A stretch of 64,000 nt of DNA from Yuukianura sp. NJ FZ-2021 (taxonomy: Eukaryota): positions 5,642,001 through 5,706,000 of the forward strand of contig CM102284.1 of NCBI GenBank assembly GCA_046563655.1. The letters run 5' to 3'. Position 1 is the stretch's first letter. Every line of letters begins with the position of its first letter. The notes under the pieces were generated by a model, which had not been told where the DNA came from, ran no database searches, and worked only from the letters and a program-made list of their open reading frames with translations. Made by a program: the position numbers and the translations under genes. Of this stretch, positions 12,227-25,605 are shown piece after piece.

Positions 12227-15200
12227 TTAGTAGTGCTGGGGAAGTATTTTCTGCGAGTCAAAGCGATGGTGATGGATTTTGTCTTTTGTGGGTTCGGCAG
12301 GATTCGTGTGTTTTCGGGTTCTTGTTCGGCTGTCGTCCGAGTCACTCCGACTGATCATCGTAAAGACGCCTTTGAGTCTGCGCGGCAATTTCTCAGAACT
12401 TACTGCAATAAATTCATGAGTATCGTTGAAAGGTACGTTTGGATGATTAGGTAAGGTCAATGGGTTAAATGTCAGCGTTGGCGCAGGAGAGTCGTAGGTA
12501 AGGCTGTTACTATTATAAGTAGGCTGAGATTTGTTCGGAGGAATGTAATTGAGGGGCTGAGTTTCCGGTTGATTTGGCGGGAAAGTTGCATAAGGGAAGG
12601 AGAGGTTGAAGGGTCCATTGGCCCCAGGCTGGTCAACATTGAAAGTAGCAGTAGTTCCATAAGTGTCCAGTGACTTGCCTGCTTTGTGACTCTCCGGTGA
12701 CCCTTGACCTGACAGAAGGGGCGGGTCAGAGCAACAGTTTGGTGAAAAGTCTTTGGGAACGAGTGGTTCAGCCTTGTAGGTCGAAGAAGCTGACTGAGCA
12801 GTCGCTAGAGGAGGTTGCATTTGTGCCCGGCGCCCTCTGTCGATAAGTGTTTGGTAAACGGAGAAAGAGTCTTTGGGGGTAGGCGGTGGTCCATAGTTAA
12901 TTCCTTGTGGAAAAGAAACGGACTGATTCTGATTGGTTGGTTCAAGAGGAGTGAAAGGAAGTTGCGAAGAAGTGGCGTACCCAGGTCTAGGACTGGGATT
13001 GGTTGGCTGGACATTGTCACGTGGTGGCCCAGAGTAAATTGAAGAGATTTCTATTGATTGCTGGGGTGGGTCGTAAGTGTGACCAAGAGGTAGGACTCCG
13101 TCCAGAGAGAACCCTGGTGGGTTGTTGTCTCCTGGAGGATTTTGGTAGGAAGGTGGAGGTTTAGCAGAAGGTTCTTGGGATTGGGAATAGTCTAACTGTT
13201 GAACAGCATAATCGCTACTTGGTGAGGGTTGTTGAGCATAAAGTTCTTCTGAGGATGACGCTGACTGCGAATGAGCAAATGATGGACCGGATGCTGCTGG
13301 CGGAGAGTATTCAACATCCTGTGGTTCGTCAGTGTAACTTGATCCCTGGAGGGCATATTTCTGAAAATCAGTTTCGTAGGCTGGTTGTTGCGACGGAGCT
13401 ACATATTGCTGCTGCGACTGATCGGAATAACTTTGTTGTGAGCTGGGTGAACTTGGAGCGTTGTACTGCGATTGATCTGAGAAGCTTGGCTGTGTAGCTG
13501 GTGCGTTGTATTGCGGCTGAGAAGAATAGGTTGGTTGTGTTGGCAGAACAGCGTTATATTGAGCTTGACCTGAGTAGCTTTGCTGAGGCGCTGGAGCGCT
13601 GTACTGTGATTGGTCAGAAAAACTTTGCTGAGCTGCCGGTGAGCTGAACTGAGGTTGAGCTGAATAACTTGACTGAGGTGCTGGAGCCGGTGAGTTGTAC
13701 TCCGGCTGAATTGAATAGCTAGACTGTGGTGACGGTGCACTCGGTTCTGAATAACTAGACTGAAACTGCGGTATCTGATCTGTATCAGTCGACTGGAGTG
13801 GAACGGTCGGCGCATTGTATTTGGATTGATCTGAAAAACCGGACTGTACAGCTGCAATGTTGTATTGCGGCTGAGGAGCTGGAGCATTGTATTGCGGCTG
13901 AGGAGCTGGAGCATTGTATTGCGGTTGAGGAGCTGGAGCGCTGTATTGCGGCTGAGGAGCTGGAGCGCTGTATTGCGGCTGAGGAGCTGGAGCGCTGTAT
14001 TGCGGCTGAGGAGCTGGAGCATTGTACTCCGGCTGAGGAGCTGGAGCATTGTATTCCGGCTGAGGAGCTGGAGCATTGTATTCCGGCTGAGGAGCTGGAG
14101 CGCTGTATTGCGGCTGAGGAGCTGGAGCGCTGTATTGCGGCTGAGGAGCTGGAGCGCTGTATTGCGGCTGAGGAGCTGGAGCGCTGTATTGCGGCTGAGG
14201 AGCTGGATGAGGAGCTGGACCGCTGTATTGTGATTGAGCTGGCGACCGGTACTGTGATTGGTCAGCATAGTTTGGTTGTGCTGGGGGTGATGAAAATTGT
14301 GAATCATCAGAAAATGTCGATGAACTAACTGGAAGAGAGAAATCGGACTGAATTTGAGCGTTAGTATAATCCGGAACATTGTAGTTTTGCTGTGGCTGCT
14401 TTTGCGCTTGAGCAGAATAGTCAGAATTTGGAATTTGAGGAGCGCCATTCTGTTCCTGTCCAGAATGACTAGCTGGAGGTGCTCCATAGTTTGTCGTTGG
14501 TGGGGCCGAGTAACTGTCAGACGGTGGAGCCACGTGACTGTGTGATGGTGGGGCAGCGTAGTTATCAGATGGTGGGACCGCGTGAGTGTGTGATGGTGGG
14601 GCCGCGTGAGGTGGGGCAGCGTAGCTATCAGATGGTGGGGCCGCGTAGGTGTCAGACGGTGGAGCCGTGTGACTGTGTAATGGTGGGGCAGCGTAGCTAT
14701 CAGATGGTGGAGCCGCGTAAGTGTTTGATGGTGGGGCAGCAAAGCTATCAGACGGTGGGGCCGCGTAGCTGTCAGATGGTGGAGCCGCGTAAGTGTTTGA
14801 TGGTGGGGCAGCATAGCTGTCAGATGGTGGAGCCGCGTAAGTGTTTGATGGTGGGGCAGCATAGTTGTCAGATGGTGGGGCCGCGTGACTGTGAGGTGGT
14901 GGGGCAGAGTAGGTGTCAGACGGTGGAGCCGTGTGGCTGTGTGATGGTGGGGCAGCGTAGCTGTCAGATGGTGGGGCACCATAACTACCAGACGGTGGAG
15001 CCACGTAACTGAGTGATGGTGGGGCAGCATAGCTGTCAGATGGTGGGGCCGAATAACTGTCAGACTGAGGAGGAAAGGAATCAGGGAATTTGACAGAAGA
15101 AGAGGAATCGAAGGACTGGTAAGAAGTTGGTGGAGAGAGCGGTGGTGGGTGTGAATATTGAGATTGGGTGGGGAGTGGTGGTGCAGCATAGCTGTCGTCA

Positions 15201-18200
15201 ATTGGGCTATTTTGCTGGGGCTGGTACTGTGCAGCCGTTGCATCGAAGCTTTGTGCCTGTGCTTGTGATGGAACGGACAGAGATGATGTCAGACCTGAAT
15301 TCTTAACGTTTCCATCCAGGGTGATGATTGGAGCGGAGAAGGAGGATGCTTGACCTTTGGATCCACCAAAAGACGTCGAGTAGCCACCGGTTGGTGGGGC
15401 TCCATAACCGGATGCTGGTGGACTTCCATAGCTCGGACTCGGTGGGCTTCCATAGGTGGGGCTCGGTGGGCTTCCGTATGTGGGGCTTGGGCTTCCGTAG
15501 GATGGACTCGGTGGACTACCGTAGGTGGGGCTCGGACTTCCGTAACTTATGCTCGGACTTGAATAAGTTGGGGAAGGAACACTGTAGCCTAAAAAATTGT
15601 TGAATAAAAAAAATTTACAAAAAATCAAAAAACAAAATTGTTTTCAATTTGTGTGTGTGTGTGTTTTTTTTTGAAAAGGTCAAGGTAGTATGGGCGAGGT
15701 CAAAGTTACTAAACTCAGATCCCAATCTTTGTTCTATTTCCGTTGCATGTTAATTTCGCATGTCGATTTTTGAATGTACATAATTTTGCTCAAAATTGTG
15801 CAATTTTTTGTTATAATTTTACTTTTCATTGTTCCTGCAATTTCATTGTTAACCTTCTGAATTGTCCATTTCTTCTGCACGATGTTGTCTTAAGTTTAAA
15901 TTTTGGGCTATATGTTGTTATTGTTGATGTTTTTATGTTTAATTATTTTACATATTATTTAAAATGTATGTTAAATTAATTGGGATTTACCTGTTCCTCC
16001 TTTAGGTGCACCGTAGGATGACGGAGGAGAGTAGCCACCAGAGTGACCCACAGGTTGAATTACGATGTAACCTGTCAACAATGGACGAAGAAAACGTGCA
16101 TTTACAGTCGTTGTTTCTTAAAAGTTTTTAAATTTGCTAATTAACAATTACAATGCAATGGAAGTAGTCAATTGTAACCCTATAGTTACGTATCAGTCAA
16201 TTTAACCATATGAAATCTCTATTATGGGATTATGGGATTCTCCATCTGTCATAAAATGGGTGAAAAATTCGTGCGAAATTTTCCACATAAACAAAAGTGT
16301 AAAAATCGCAAATGCGTCTTTCGTTGATATTCTTACAAAAGGATTTTTTGTACTTTTCATTTTTTCAGAGCGGAACCTTCCGTTTAAGTGAGAGTTAAAG
16401 TCGTGACCGAGAACAATGCAAAAAAACACAAAACAAAAAGAATGCAAAATTTTGGTTTGAAGCAAAAAGTGTATAGTGGATTGAAAAATTAAAATCCGGA
16501 CGATTTTTTTTTGTTAAATTTTATAAATGTCAAAATAAAATCATAGTTATATAGCAAATATATAATAAAATCATAGTTAATTGGTTTTGGAAACTTCCAT
16601 GCCACGTTTGTTGAAAAGTAAACATTTCGAAAAAAAAACTGGCAATTTTTTTAAATTGCCATTTTTTTTTCACTTTTTTTTTGAAACGTTCTTACCAGAA
16701 GATGGTGGTCGAGAATAGCCAGAAGAGCCACCACTACTTCCGCCGCCCTTTGAGAAAATGCTTCCCAAGCCACCTTTTCCTGAGCCACCAAAAGATGAGC
16801 CACCTTTTCCTGAGCCACCATAACTGGTGCTCGGAATGGGCGCATATCCACCATAGCCACCGCTGCTTCCTCCGCCGTATCCACCTCCCCCACCATATCC
16901 GCCTCCACCTCCTACAGATCAATCAATTGCAAATTAGTTCCAGTAATTACAAAAAATCATCCACCTTTTGTTCCCGAAATCCTAAAAGTGCTGTAAATCG
17001 AATTTTTGAAAATTTAAAAAGTAAAATTTTGATCCAGTTGCAAGAAAATTGCGTGTTTTTAGTCAGAAATGGCAAGAAAATCGGAAGTTTGTGTAAGAAG
17101 TTCGTGTGTAGATAGTCAGTGCGTCAGTCGTGTCGTACAAAAGAGATCCGTGTCGTTGGTTGTGCTCCACCGTGACCGTGAGACCGTGCGAAGAGGTCAA
17201 AGGTCAAAGGTCAACTACCTCTAGACATAAATCGGCCATTGAAATACTCAGTTTGAGCCGCGGCCGGTTCTTCCTCAACGTCACTTCTGGCTTGAATCAT
17301 CGGGGGAGGAACAAGGGGCCGAGTTGTCGTTTCCGTCAATTCAGTGGAAGAGGCATGCTGCTCTACCGACGACATTTCTGTCGTCGTCTGTGGCGACATT
17401 TGAGCTGTCGTAAGTGGAAACAACGTTGATCCGGTAGTTCTGTTTCCTTGCTCACTTTGTCTAATATGTTGGATTAGCTCCATTAACATTTTTGGCGGGG
17501 GAAAGACAACTTTCTCTTCTTCTTTCTTTTCTATTGTTTCTTTGAGATCATTGAGTGAATCAATTAGATTAGTAAATTGAACCATGTCTTGATTACTTCT
17601 ATTTGGATTCATTGAAGGTCTATTGGAAGTTTTGGCTTTCTTTTGTTCCATTTTAAGTAGATTCATCATGCCCAAAGTCAGGTCACCAACGTCCATTGGA
17701 CTTTTAGTTAACATTTTTGAAAGTTTTGATTTTGAAGTGGGACCAGCATCTTTTTTAAGTTGAGCAGAAGTCGTGTCGTTGTACTCCCAAGATGGAAATG
17801 GTATAAACCTCATCATGTCCATTCCCATAAGTTCATTGGGTCGATCAATTACATTGGGATTGGGACCCTGAAAGTCAGCGTCAGTCGTGTCAAGGGGTGA
17901 CGAAGGGCCAAAGTCATTGGCGTAACCACTGGTTCCAGTGGGTGGAGTCAAGTGTAGGTCTTGGAGTGTGTTCATGTCATTGTCCATTCGAGTGTCCAGG
18001 AACATGGACACTAAGTTGTCCCAGTCAGTGTCATTTTGTGGAAGAGAGCGGGAAGTTGACACGACTGTGGAAATCATGTCAGTCGTCTTGCGCCAATCTT
18101 CGCTTATGCCTTTGTCCATGATACCAAATTCTTTGGCCATGGCAATAAGCGTCCCAAGGAGACCCGTCAGTTGTGACATCAGACTCATAAACAGATCTAT

Positions 18201-21200
18201 AGGCTCATCATAATTATGAAAGTGTTAGTGTTAATTGAGATTAAAAGTGTTAAGATTGATGAGTAACTTTAAAGTTAATGCGGATTAGTAATCGGGAGGA
18301 TTAGTAATTGGACGCAACGAGGAGCATGATTGCGTTAGTCTGTTAGTTAACGTTATGACTTTCTCCTTTTACTGAAACTAAAGGAAGAACTTTTGAATCT
18401 GATAGAGTTCATGACCCCTTGGGAACTTTTCTCATGATTGAAATCTCCCTCTCTCTTCGAATTCCAAAGATCTTGCTCAGAGATCAATTTTAAGCAGTCT
18501 CATGAATACTCTCTCAAAAATTGTTCAAAAGTGATTGATGCTAACTTGAGCCTTTTAACAACAAGCCATCTTCAACGTATACAAAAGAAGACGAACTTGT
18601 ATTTTTAGTAAGAGTGAGTGGGTTATGATGCCAAGTTAACTTACCGTATCCTGATCCGCCTTTCCCTATGTTTGACAGTCCATTCTTGAGCCCTTGACCT
18701 GTCTCTTGGATTCCTTTGCCAAAACCTTCAAGTGCAGCTCCCTTGGCAGCGATCAAGTTCCCTTTACTCTTCAGAATCTTCCCTTTGATGGCTATTATTC
18801 CTCCTTTGATGGCCTTAATTGCTCCAATTATTGCACCTTTGATGGCAGCTTTGGCACCAATAATGTCACCAAACCCACCTCCTTTCCCTCCTCCACCACC
18901 ACCGTATCCTCCCTGTCAAAAACAAACATTTACACTTCGAAATTCACAAAATTACTACAATTTTCCAATTTTCTGTTTTTTATATTTCCTTAAAAGATTT
19001 TTCACTCTTCCGGTATAACTAAAAATGAAGCCGAAAAGTTTTTCTCATAAAAAATTGAATTTTTCATAGAAGATGTAATAAAGTTTTAACGTGCTCACAC
19101 ACAATTGTTTTTTGAAGATGAAAAATTAAAAAAGCTGAGAATTTTCAAATTTTGAATTTCTAATTATCTAATTTAAAATTGAAATACTTGTGGATGCTAA
19201 AATTAAGACGTTTTTTTTCTCGGCAGTTTGCCAAGTTTTTAGAATCTTTCACTTTTAGCGAGTTGCTAAAAATAGTAAGTTGTAAGAGAATGAGATTTCA
19301 ATTTTTGCGTAAAAATATTGCTCCATTGTTGAAACTTGGTTTTAACAAGACGTGCATGACGTAATAAGCTAAATTTTTGCAAAATGGTTGCAATTATTCC
19401 ACTGACTGCAAGCTCACAATGGGCAAGTTAGTGACAAAATATTTTCTTGAGACAAGAGCTGAAACTTGTGTGATGAAACGACAGACACATAGGAAGGTAA
19501 AACGTTATTTCATGGTGACATGACAAGTTTAATTTAAGTTTGAAACCAATCGACTAAGCTCATCATTAATCAAAACGGTTCATGATTCCTGGCTCGTTAG
19601 ATTCAACGTTTTGGGTTAATCCTAGAATTAAAGCTTAGTTAAGCCTAACAATTTCCGCAAGTAACTAAACTTTTCAATTATGAGAATTATGAATTATGGG
19701 AAAAATTGAAAAATAAAGGCAGATTTGCGAAAGAAAACCACAATTTCAGCAATATGTCATAATCATAAGCTCGGAATTTTGCAACTTTAGAAATTTTGAA
19801 AAACGTTTAATTTTTTACCTTCGGTGGACCATAACTTGGTTTGGGAGGGCCGTAGCTTGATTTTGGTGGGCCGTAACTACTCTTCGGTGGGCCGTAGCTA
19901 CTTTTCGGTGGGCCGTAGCTACTTTTTGGTGGACCGTAACTGGACTTTGGTGGGCCATAACTACTTTTTGGTGGTCCATAGCTTGCTTTTGGTGGCGGTC
20001 CATAGGATCCTGTCGGTGCTCCATAACCTGTAGACGGAGCTGAGTAGCCCGTAAGTGGTGCATCTCGTCTGTATCTGTCATCTGTCCAACTGTTGTCATT
20101 GGCCAAACTTGACGTAATTCCCATCACCATGACCAACGCCCAAATCTAAACAGATTTCAAAGAGAGAGAAAGTTTTGATTAATTTTGATTTTGATTTTGA
20201 AGAGGAAATGAAGTGTTGTTTTTGATTACGCGACCAGGATTACGCTTCGCAATCCTACAGGGGGTCTCAGAGTACTTTAATTTTCAGTTATTGGTTATTT
20301 ATCATAGTACTTATTGGGTGTGGGGTGGTGGACTTAAAAGAGGAATGATGAAGAGTGAAACGCACATTTTAGCAACATTTGTGGACCTAAAGATGTTGAT
20401 GATGATGATGTTTCATGATGATGAGTCAAGTGAATGACCTGAATCCCTAAAAATAGCCACATCTTCCACTTTCTCCCACCTTCCAATTAAGAATTAAAGG
20501 AAGAAGGATGCTATTTTTATTCCGCACCTCTAGCCATTTACACAAACTGTTTAACGGGGGGATCCTTCAAGTCTCCCCGCTAAGGGAGACCCATTCTTAG
20601 CATGAAATTTACAATTTCTCACGTCTGGTCATTCATCTATTATGTCCAAATGTGCTCCAATTACAAGAAAATAGTTGCATTCAATCTTCAAACGATTACT
20701 GAAGTCAGAGAATGCCGAAAAAGGAAAGAGAAAAAATGACTTCGTGTATAAATTACAATTTACAAGCGCAAAAAAAATTATTAAGGTGATTCTACACTGA
20801 AATTATTAAAGTGATTCTACAATGTATTGAGGAAGGAAAAAATTTGTGACATGACAATACAATTTGGCTCATCAGAAGCAAAAGTTTATGAAAGGAAAAG
20901 TGATGAAAAAGAACTCCTACATTTTTTTTTATCAATTTGTCATCATCATCATCATCATTTTTTAAAAGAAAAAAGTAGCGGAGATCCTATGAGATGAGAT
21001 AATTTCTAGGACAAATTTGTCATTCTTACTGTTATTACGAAATTGCGGTAGTAGTGTGAGGATATAAAAAAATCATAAAAAGGATCCACATTTTTATATC
21101 ACTTTCAATGAACATGTGAATGAGCATCGTTGAGTATACGTTGAACAGCAGTTTTTGAAAAAGTGCTTGCCAGCATCAGAAAAGTGTTGCATCACCTTAT

Positions 21201-24200
21201 TTCGCACCGTGTGAAGCGCCCACTTTCCATTTCTCACTTTTCAACTTCCGTCTTTACGTGAACAGAAATTTATGATGGTTACAAGATAATTAAAATGAAA
21301 AATATTTAACTCGAGTAGAAATAATTAAAATTGAACTAACAATACGTTTAACGATAAAATTAAAACCATGGTGTAAGGCGTAAGTTATGGGCGGGTTATC
21401 CCACGAGGTTAAGTAAACAATACAGTAGAAAATGAGATTTGATGGGAATGTTAGGTTATGTTTTTTCCGAAGGTTAGGTTATTATGTTGCACTTGTGTAT
21501 TGGGCTAAATTCCTACTTTAAGAATAGTTTCACACCTTTTAACCTAAAGAATAAAGGAAGAGCCACTCCCGGATCTAAAAATAACATATTCGCATCTCTC
21601 CTGTTCAATAACCAACTGACCTCCTAACCCCACCCTGTCCTAAGGAATGTCAACACAACGTGAGACTTCAACAATGCAATAAATATGAACACACAAATAG
21701 AAATTCAAACGTATCCTATTTATCCTAACTAACCTGTAACTAATGTTATGGGCCTGGCTTAAGTCAAGTGCCTAACTCATGCTGAAAGTCTGTCTAAACA
21801 ACTTTCTCGCATCAATCCAATCTGTATTCACCCTTCCACCCTTGAACTTTTGTTCAAATTAATCAAAATTTAAAACTTTCATAACATAAAAATAAAACAG
21901 AGATTCACTTTCAAAATGGAATTGCAAAACTTTGTAACCTTTCTCCGCTGACTTTCTCCTTGGAATTTACTTTTTAAGTTAAAAGTTAACGCGAAGTTGA
22001 CAAAGGTTTTTCACATTTCAAATTTCAAACCAAAAACTTTGCACCAAACATTCTTGAACTTCCAAATTTTTAAAAATTTGAATCGAATTCGTCCTAGCTA
22101 AAATCTGTATTAGGTAAAGTTCGCTCTAAAACTGATGAATTTGGCCCATTAATAAAAGTGAAGGTTCCGAGACTAATTTGACGTGACAGCATTTGGAAAA
22201 CGAAAGTTTTTTTTATGTTGGTCATTTCATTTTAAATGTTTTGTAAACAATTGTAAAATTAACATTTGGAGAAAACAGGCTCATTTTTTAATAGTCGCCT
22301 TTTCGTTTTCTGCTTTTGGATTCGTCAATTTGTCAAATTCTTGCCAGCGGGACTAGGACTGAGAAAGTTTGGCAAACAGTAGTCTTAAGGGTACGACCCT
22401 CAGGACTCTAACATTCCTTTCACTGACTCAAATAATTGTTCTCATGTACTTGGTTAATTAAGATTTTCTAAATTTGAATAATTAAGTCTCGTGCTTTTAA
22501 AACTCTCGTTTGTGCTGTTTGTTTTAACGGTGCCTTAACAGGACTGGGTGCGTTCTGGTTGCGTAAATAGAAAAAAAGAGAAATTCGAAGCTACTGTTAG
22601 AGTATTTTTGAAGTGATTTACCATTTGAGCGTTGGGGAACCTCCACTTCATCCTGTTTAGACGGTGAGCAACGGATTGACAAAGATGAAGATGTCCTTAA
22701 GCAGCGTCCCTTCCACTTCACTTTTTAAAACCACTTAATTCCTTAAAAGTTAAAACAAATTGACAGATGAGGACCAATCGGAAATGACGAAACTCAAATT
22801 GGAGACTGCGTAATAACTGTGGACATCGGTTGTGGTGGATTGCTTAATTGTTGACTTTAGCTAAGATCCCTTGCCAGCACCGCTGTCGCCGTGGACTTTG
22901 TTCTTCACCGTGGACGCCGTGGGAAGAGATTAAAGGGACTTGGAAGCTGTGAGTCTCTTTTTATGCCAAGCCACCCTTCACCCCCATACCTTATCCCCGT
23001 GAATCGCCACTTTCTCCATATCCTTATCATCATCAACGAATATTCGACGTTAGCTGTCCAACACTCTACGGTAGGTCTTGGTAGGGTGCGGCGGTGGTCA
23101 GGTCGAGGGAACGGTGACATGACGAGAACCGCGGCGGTGACATAATCTTTAGTTGTTAAAATGCTGATTATCCTAATGTCCCGCTCCTTTTCATTTCAGG
23201 ATCAGTCATCTCAAGATCTGTTTTAGCGTAAGCTCAAGGGATGAGATTGGTAAAGGTCAGCGAGGCATGACCCCTGGCTGTATACTTCATGCAACGACAA
23301 TTGCAGTCTTGCGGACAAGGTTGCGCCGGTCTCTTGAACACTGAAACCAAAAACCATTTAGCGTGTTACACTTTTTTAGGCATAAGCAATTTATTAATTT
23401 AAATACAACCAGCAGTTGACACTTACTCAATAGTTTAAACTTGGCCCATGACATTTTTTGTGTGCTTTCAATTTCAACAGCAGCAGGATTTTGATGCAAG
23501 AAGGGAGGCACTTCACCTGAAAAGAAAAAAGGTCAATAGTTTAGACGCAGTGAAATTTTGCGTTTTTGCACCATTTAGCGACTCCTACTTGCAGATTTTT
23601 TGCAAAAGATTATGTCCATACTAACTACAGAACGAAGAAACCTCTCATCTGGGCCATGTCCTCTGATGCAACAAAATTTAATTTCTGATACCACGCAATG
23701 CAATTCTTTTACATGTAGAAGAAATGCAGAAAATAATGTTAGAGTAATCACCCAAAAAATCGGTAACTTTTGCGCATTCTTTAACAAAAAAATTACTCCA
23801 CATCGTGCATTTACTTTCAAAATTAACTATGGACTCATTTCTCATCTTACTAAAAAGTAAAACTCAAAGCCAAAAATAATTTGAAACGATATGAGAAATT
23901 GATTGCACGCAAATCAAAAGATGAACCCAAGCTTAAAATCTTGCAACCTTAAAATCCTTCAATTGAGGAAAAAATTATGTGAGAACTTACAAAATTGAAC
24001 CTAGTTAAACATAATTTGAACTTTAAATTCAAAATTTTGGAATCCAATTTACTATTTAATTTGAAAGTGTCATGTCAAGAGCAAACAAGAATTAGGACAA
24101 CAAAATTATAAACTTTGGGCACAATTAACTTTAGCTTTAACTAACTTGACTTAATTAACTTCGAATTTGGAAATGTAACGCTAGAGTTACAAAAAACAAT

Positions 24201-25605
24201 TACAAAAGTTACACTCATAAGTGTTGGTGTCGCTAAAACTAAATTATTCAATTCAATTTTTTCATCATTTTAGTTTTCGTTTTGCGAGAATTAGATAATC
24301 TCAATTTTGATGACAGATGACTTGGCATCTTCTTTTTTGCTTTCCCTTTCAATCTTTGTGTGAGCCAAGACAATTGACAATTCTAAATTAACGTTCAGAG
24401 CTTACAGCTTCTTCACTTTTAAACGAAAGTGAATCCTGCGCACAAGTGAATCTTCAGTTCTGCGCATAAACACATTGGTTCCTGTTTTTATCTCATCAAT
24501 TATTACTAAAATTGGAAATTAACTATCCATTATTCATTAACTCTACTTTTTTTCCGTGCTAATTCGTAAGTTTATGGTGGTCATAGTGCTGTAACGCTTG
24601 AAAAATCTACTTTCCACACTTTAGCACCTTCTTCTTTCTTGACAAGATCACTCTTGAAGTGTCTTCCAAAACAGCCAAGTTTTACGCCTTAGTTCATAAA
24701 TTCCATTGTCAAAATGTGAGTAGAGTAAAACTGGTGCCGGATGTTCGTGTCTCATCATTTACACTTTTGTGATGAACGTGCTAAATAAAGAGTGTCAATG
24801 TATCCGTATCGTATTAAGTATTTGTTGTTGAAATGTGAGAAGGAGAAGGAGAAATGTCATCTTTAACTTTGAAATTATTTGTATGCATAGCGTCTTGACA
24901 AACAAAAGAAGTAAAAATGGACTTGCCGTACCTGAGATGTTGAGAATTTTAGCCCCCTCACTGGGTCATCATCATTGATACAAATCCAGGCGACTCAAAC
25001 CAAGTAATTGGTTATTATTAGCTCTCTCTTTGTTAATCTGCGTTTTTGCAGCGTTTTCTTCATCTGTGCTTCAGGATGTAGCAGAAATTTCTTCATCTGT
25101 GCTTTAGCACACAGCATTTCGACGTTTTCAACTTTTAGCCCCAGAATCTTCATCGTTGAGAAAAATCTCTTTCGTACTGCAGCCGCATCTTGCTAATCTT
25201 AATCTTGCAGCAGCATGCATCTTCTGTTACTTTTCGTTTTTAGCAGATTACGCGTTTTTTTCATCTTTCGAGTTTTTGCAACCCCGTCTTGGACACATAT
25301 CTTGCTAATTTCGAATTCGAAAGTTGGCGTCATCATGATTCCTAAGAAAACATACAAAAGATGTTAATTAATTGAAGTAATCAAGACAATTTTAGCTTAA
25401 TGCGCATCAGAACCGTCATTATTTTCCAATTCCAGTTCTGTCTGTTAAGGGGATGAAAAAAAAAGCGTTTTGGTCTGGTTGTTCCACTGCATTCAAGCAT
25501 ATAATTTAGTCACTGCGTTCACTTTCTGGAAGTTATTGTTGTTTTTGTTGTCCTTTACGGATATACCTTAGCAAAAATCATCATCATCATCCTCATCTTC
25601 ATCAT
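12227..25605 (-). CDS. Secreted Pro/Gly/Tyr-rich repetitive structural protein (cuticle/eggshell-like); exons 25605-25567, 20145-19819, 18912-18645, 16911-16696, 16071-15991, 15588-12227
   Basis: Splice phases 0,0,1,1,1 join in frame. Signal peptide [28 protein letters not shown], furin-like RYRR|DAP, then [28 protein letters not shown] and APAPQPQYS repeats. Exon 1 is less certain (5.4-kb intron, GTATAT donor). Confidence 0.75.
13860..14210 (-). repeat. 27-bp coding tandem repeat, ~13 units, APAPQP(Q/E)Y(S/N)
   Basis: Plus-strand unit gctgtattgcggctgaggagctggagc is directly visible. Confidence 0.95.
14495..15065 (-). repeat. 24-bp degenerate coding tandem repeat, PPS(D/N/H)xYAA
   Basis: Recurring gatggtggggcagcgtagctgtca-like units. 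Confidence 0.9.
17211..18196 (-). CDS. Putative alternative terminal exon (~328 codons, Met/Thr-rich) of the structural-protein gene
   Basis: Long ORF on the same strand inside the intron after exon 3. Acceptor cctatAG|ATCTGTTTATG at 18196 is phase 1, matching the exon-3 donor. Confidence 0.55.
19819..20005 (-). repeat. 21-bp coding tandem repeat YGPPKSS (~9 units)
   Basis: Visible in both the DNA and the translation of exon 2. Confidence 0.9.

Noticed and set aside
13860-14210. Regular repeats as a possible CRISPR array
   Set aside because: Units are head-to-tail with no unique spacers, lie inside a eukaryotic exon, and have no cas genes nearby.
13399-15243. Long alternative-frame and antisense ORFs (614 aa His/Leu-rich; [16 protein letters not shown] and MVGPR repeats)
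   Set aside because: Shadow frames of the stop-poor coding tandem repeats in the 12227-15588 exon; no independent splice or start signals.
22891-23145. GC-richer patch with overlapping short ORFs
   Set aside because: No motif or in-phase splice context found; more likely intronic or regulatory sequence.
24931-25342. Exon-like minus-strand segment with AG/GT boundaries and short direct repeats in intron 1 of the structural gene
   Set aside because: The frames I traced contain stops and no product is recognisable. It could be a non-coding exon, but there is no support.
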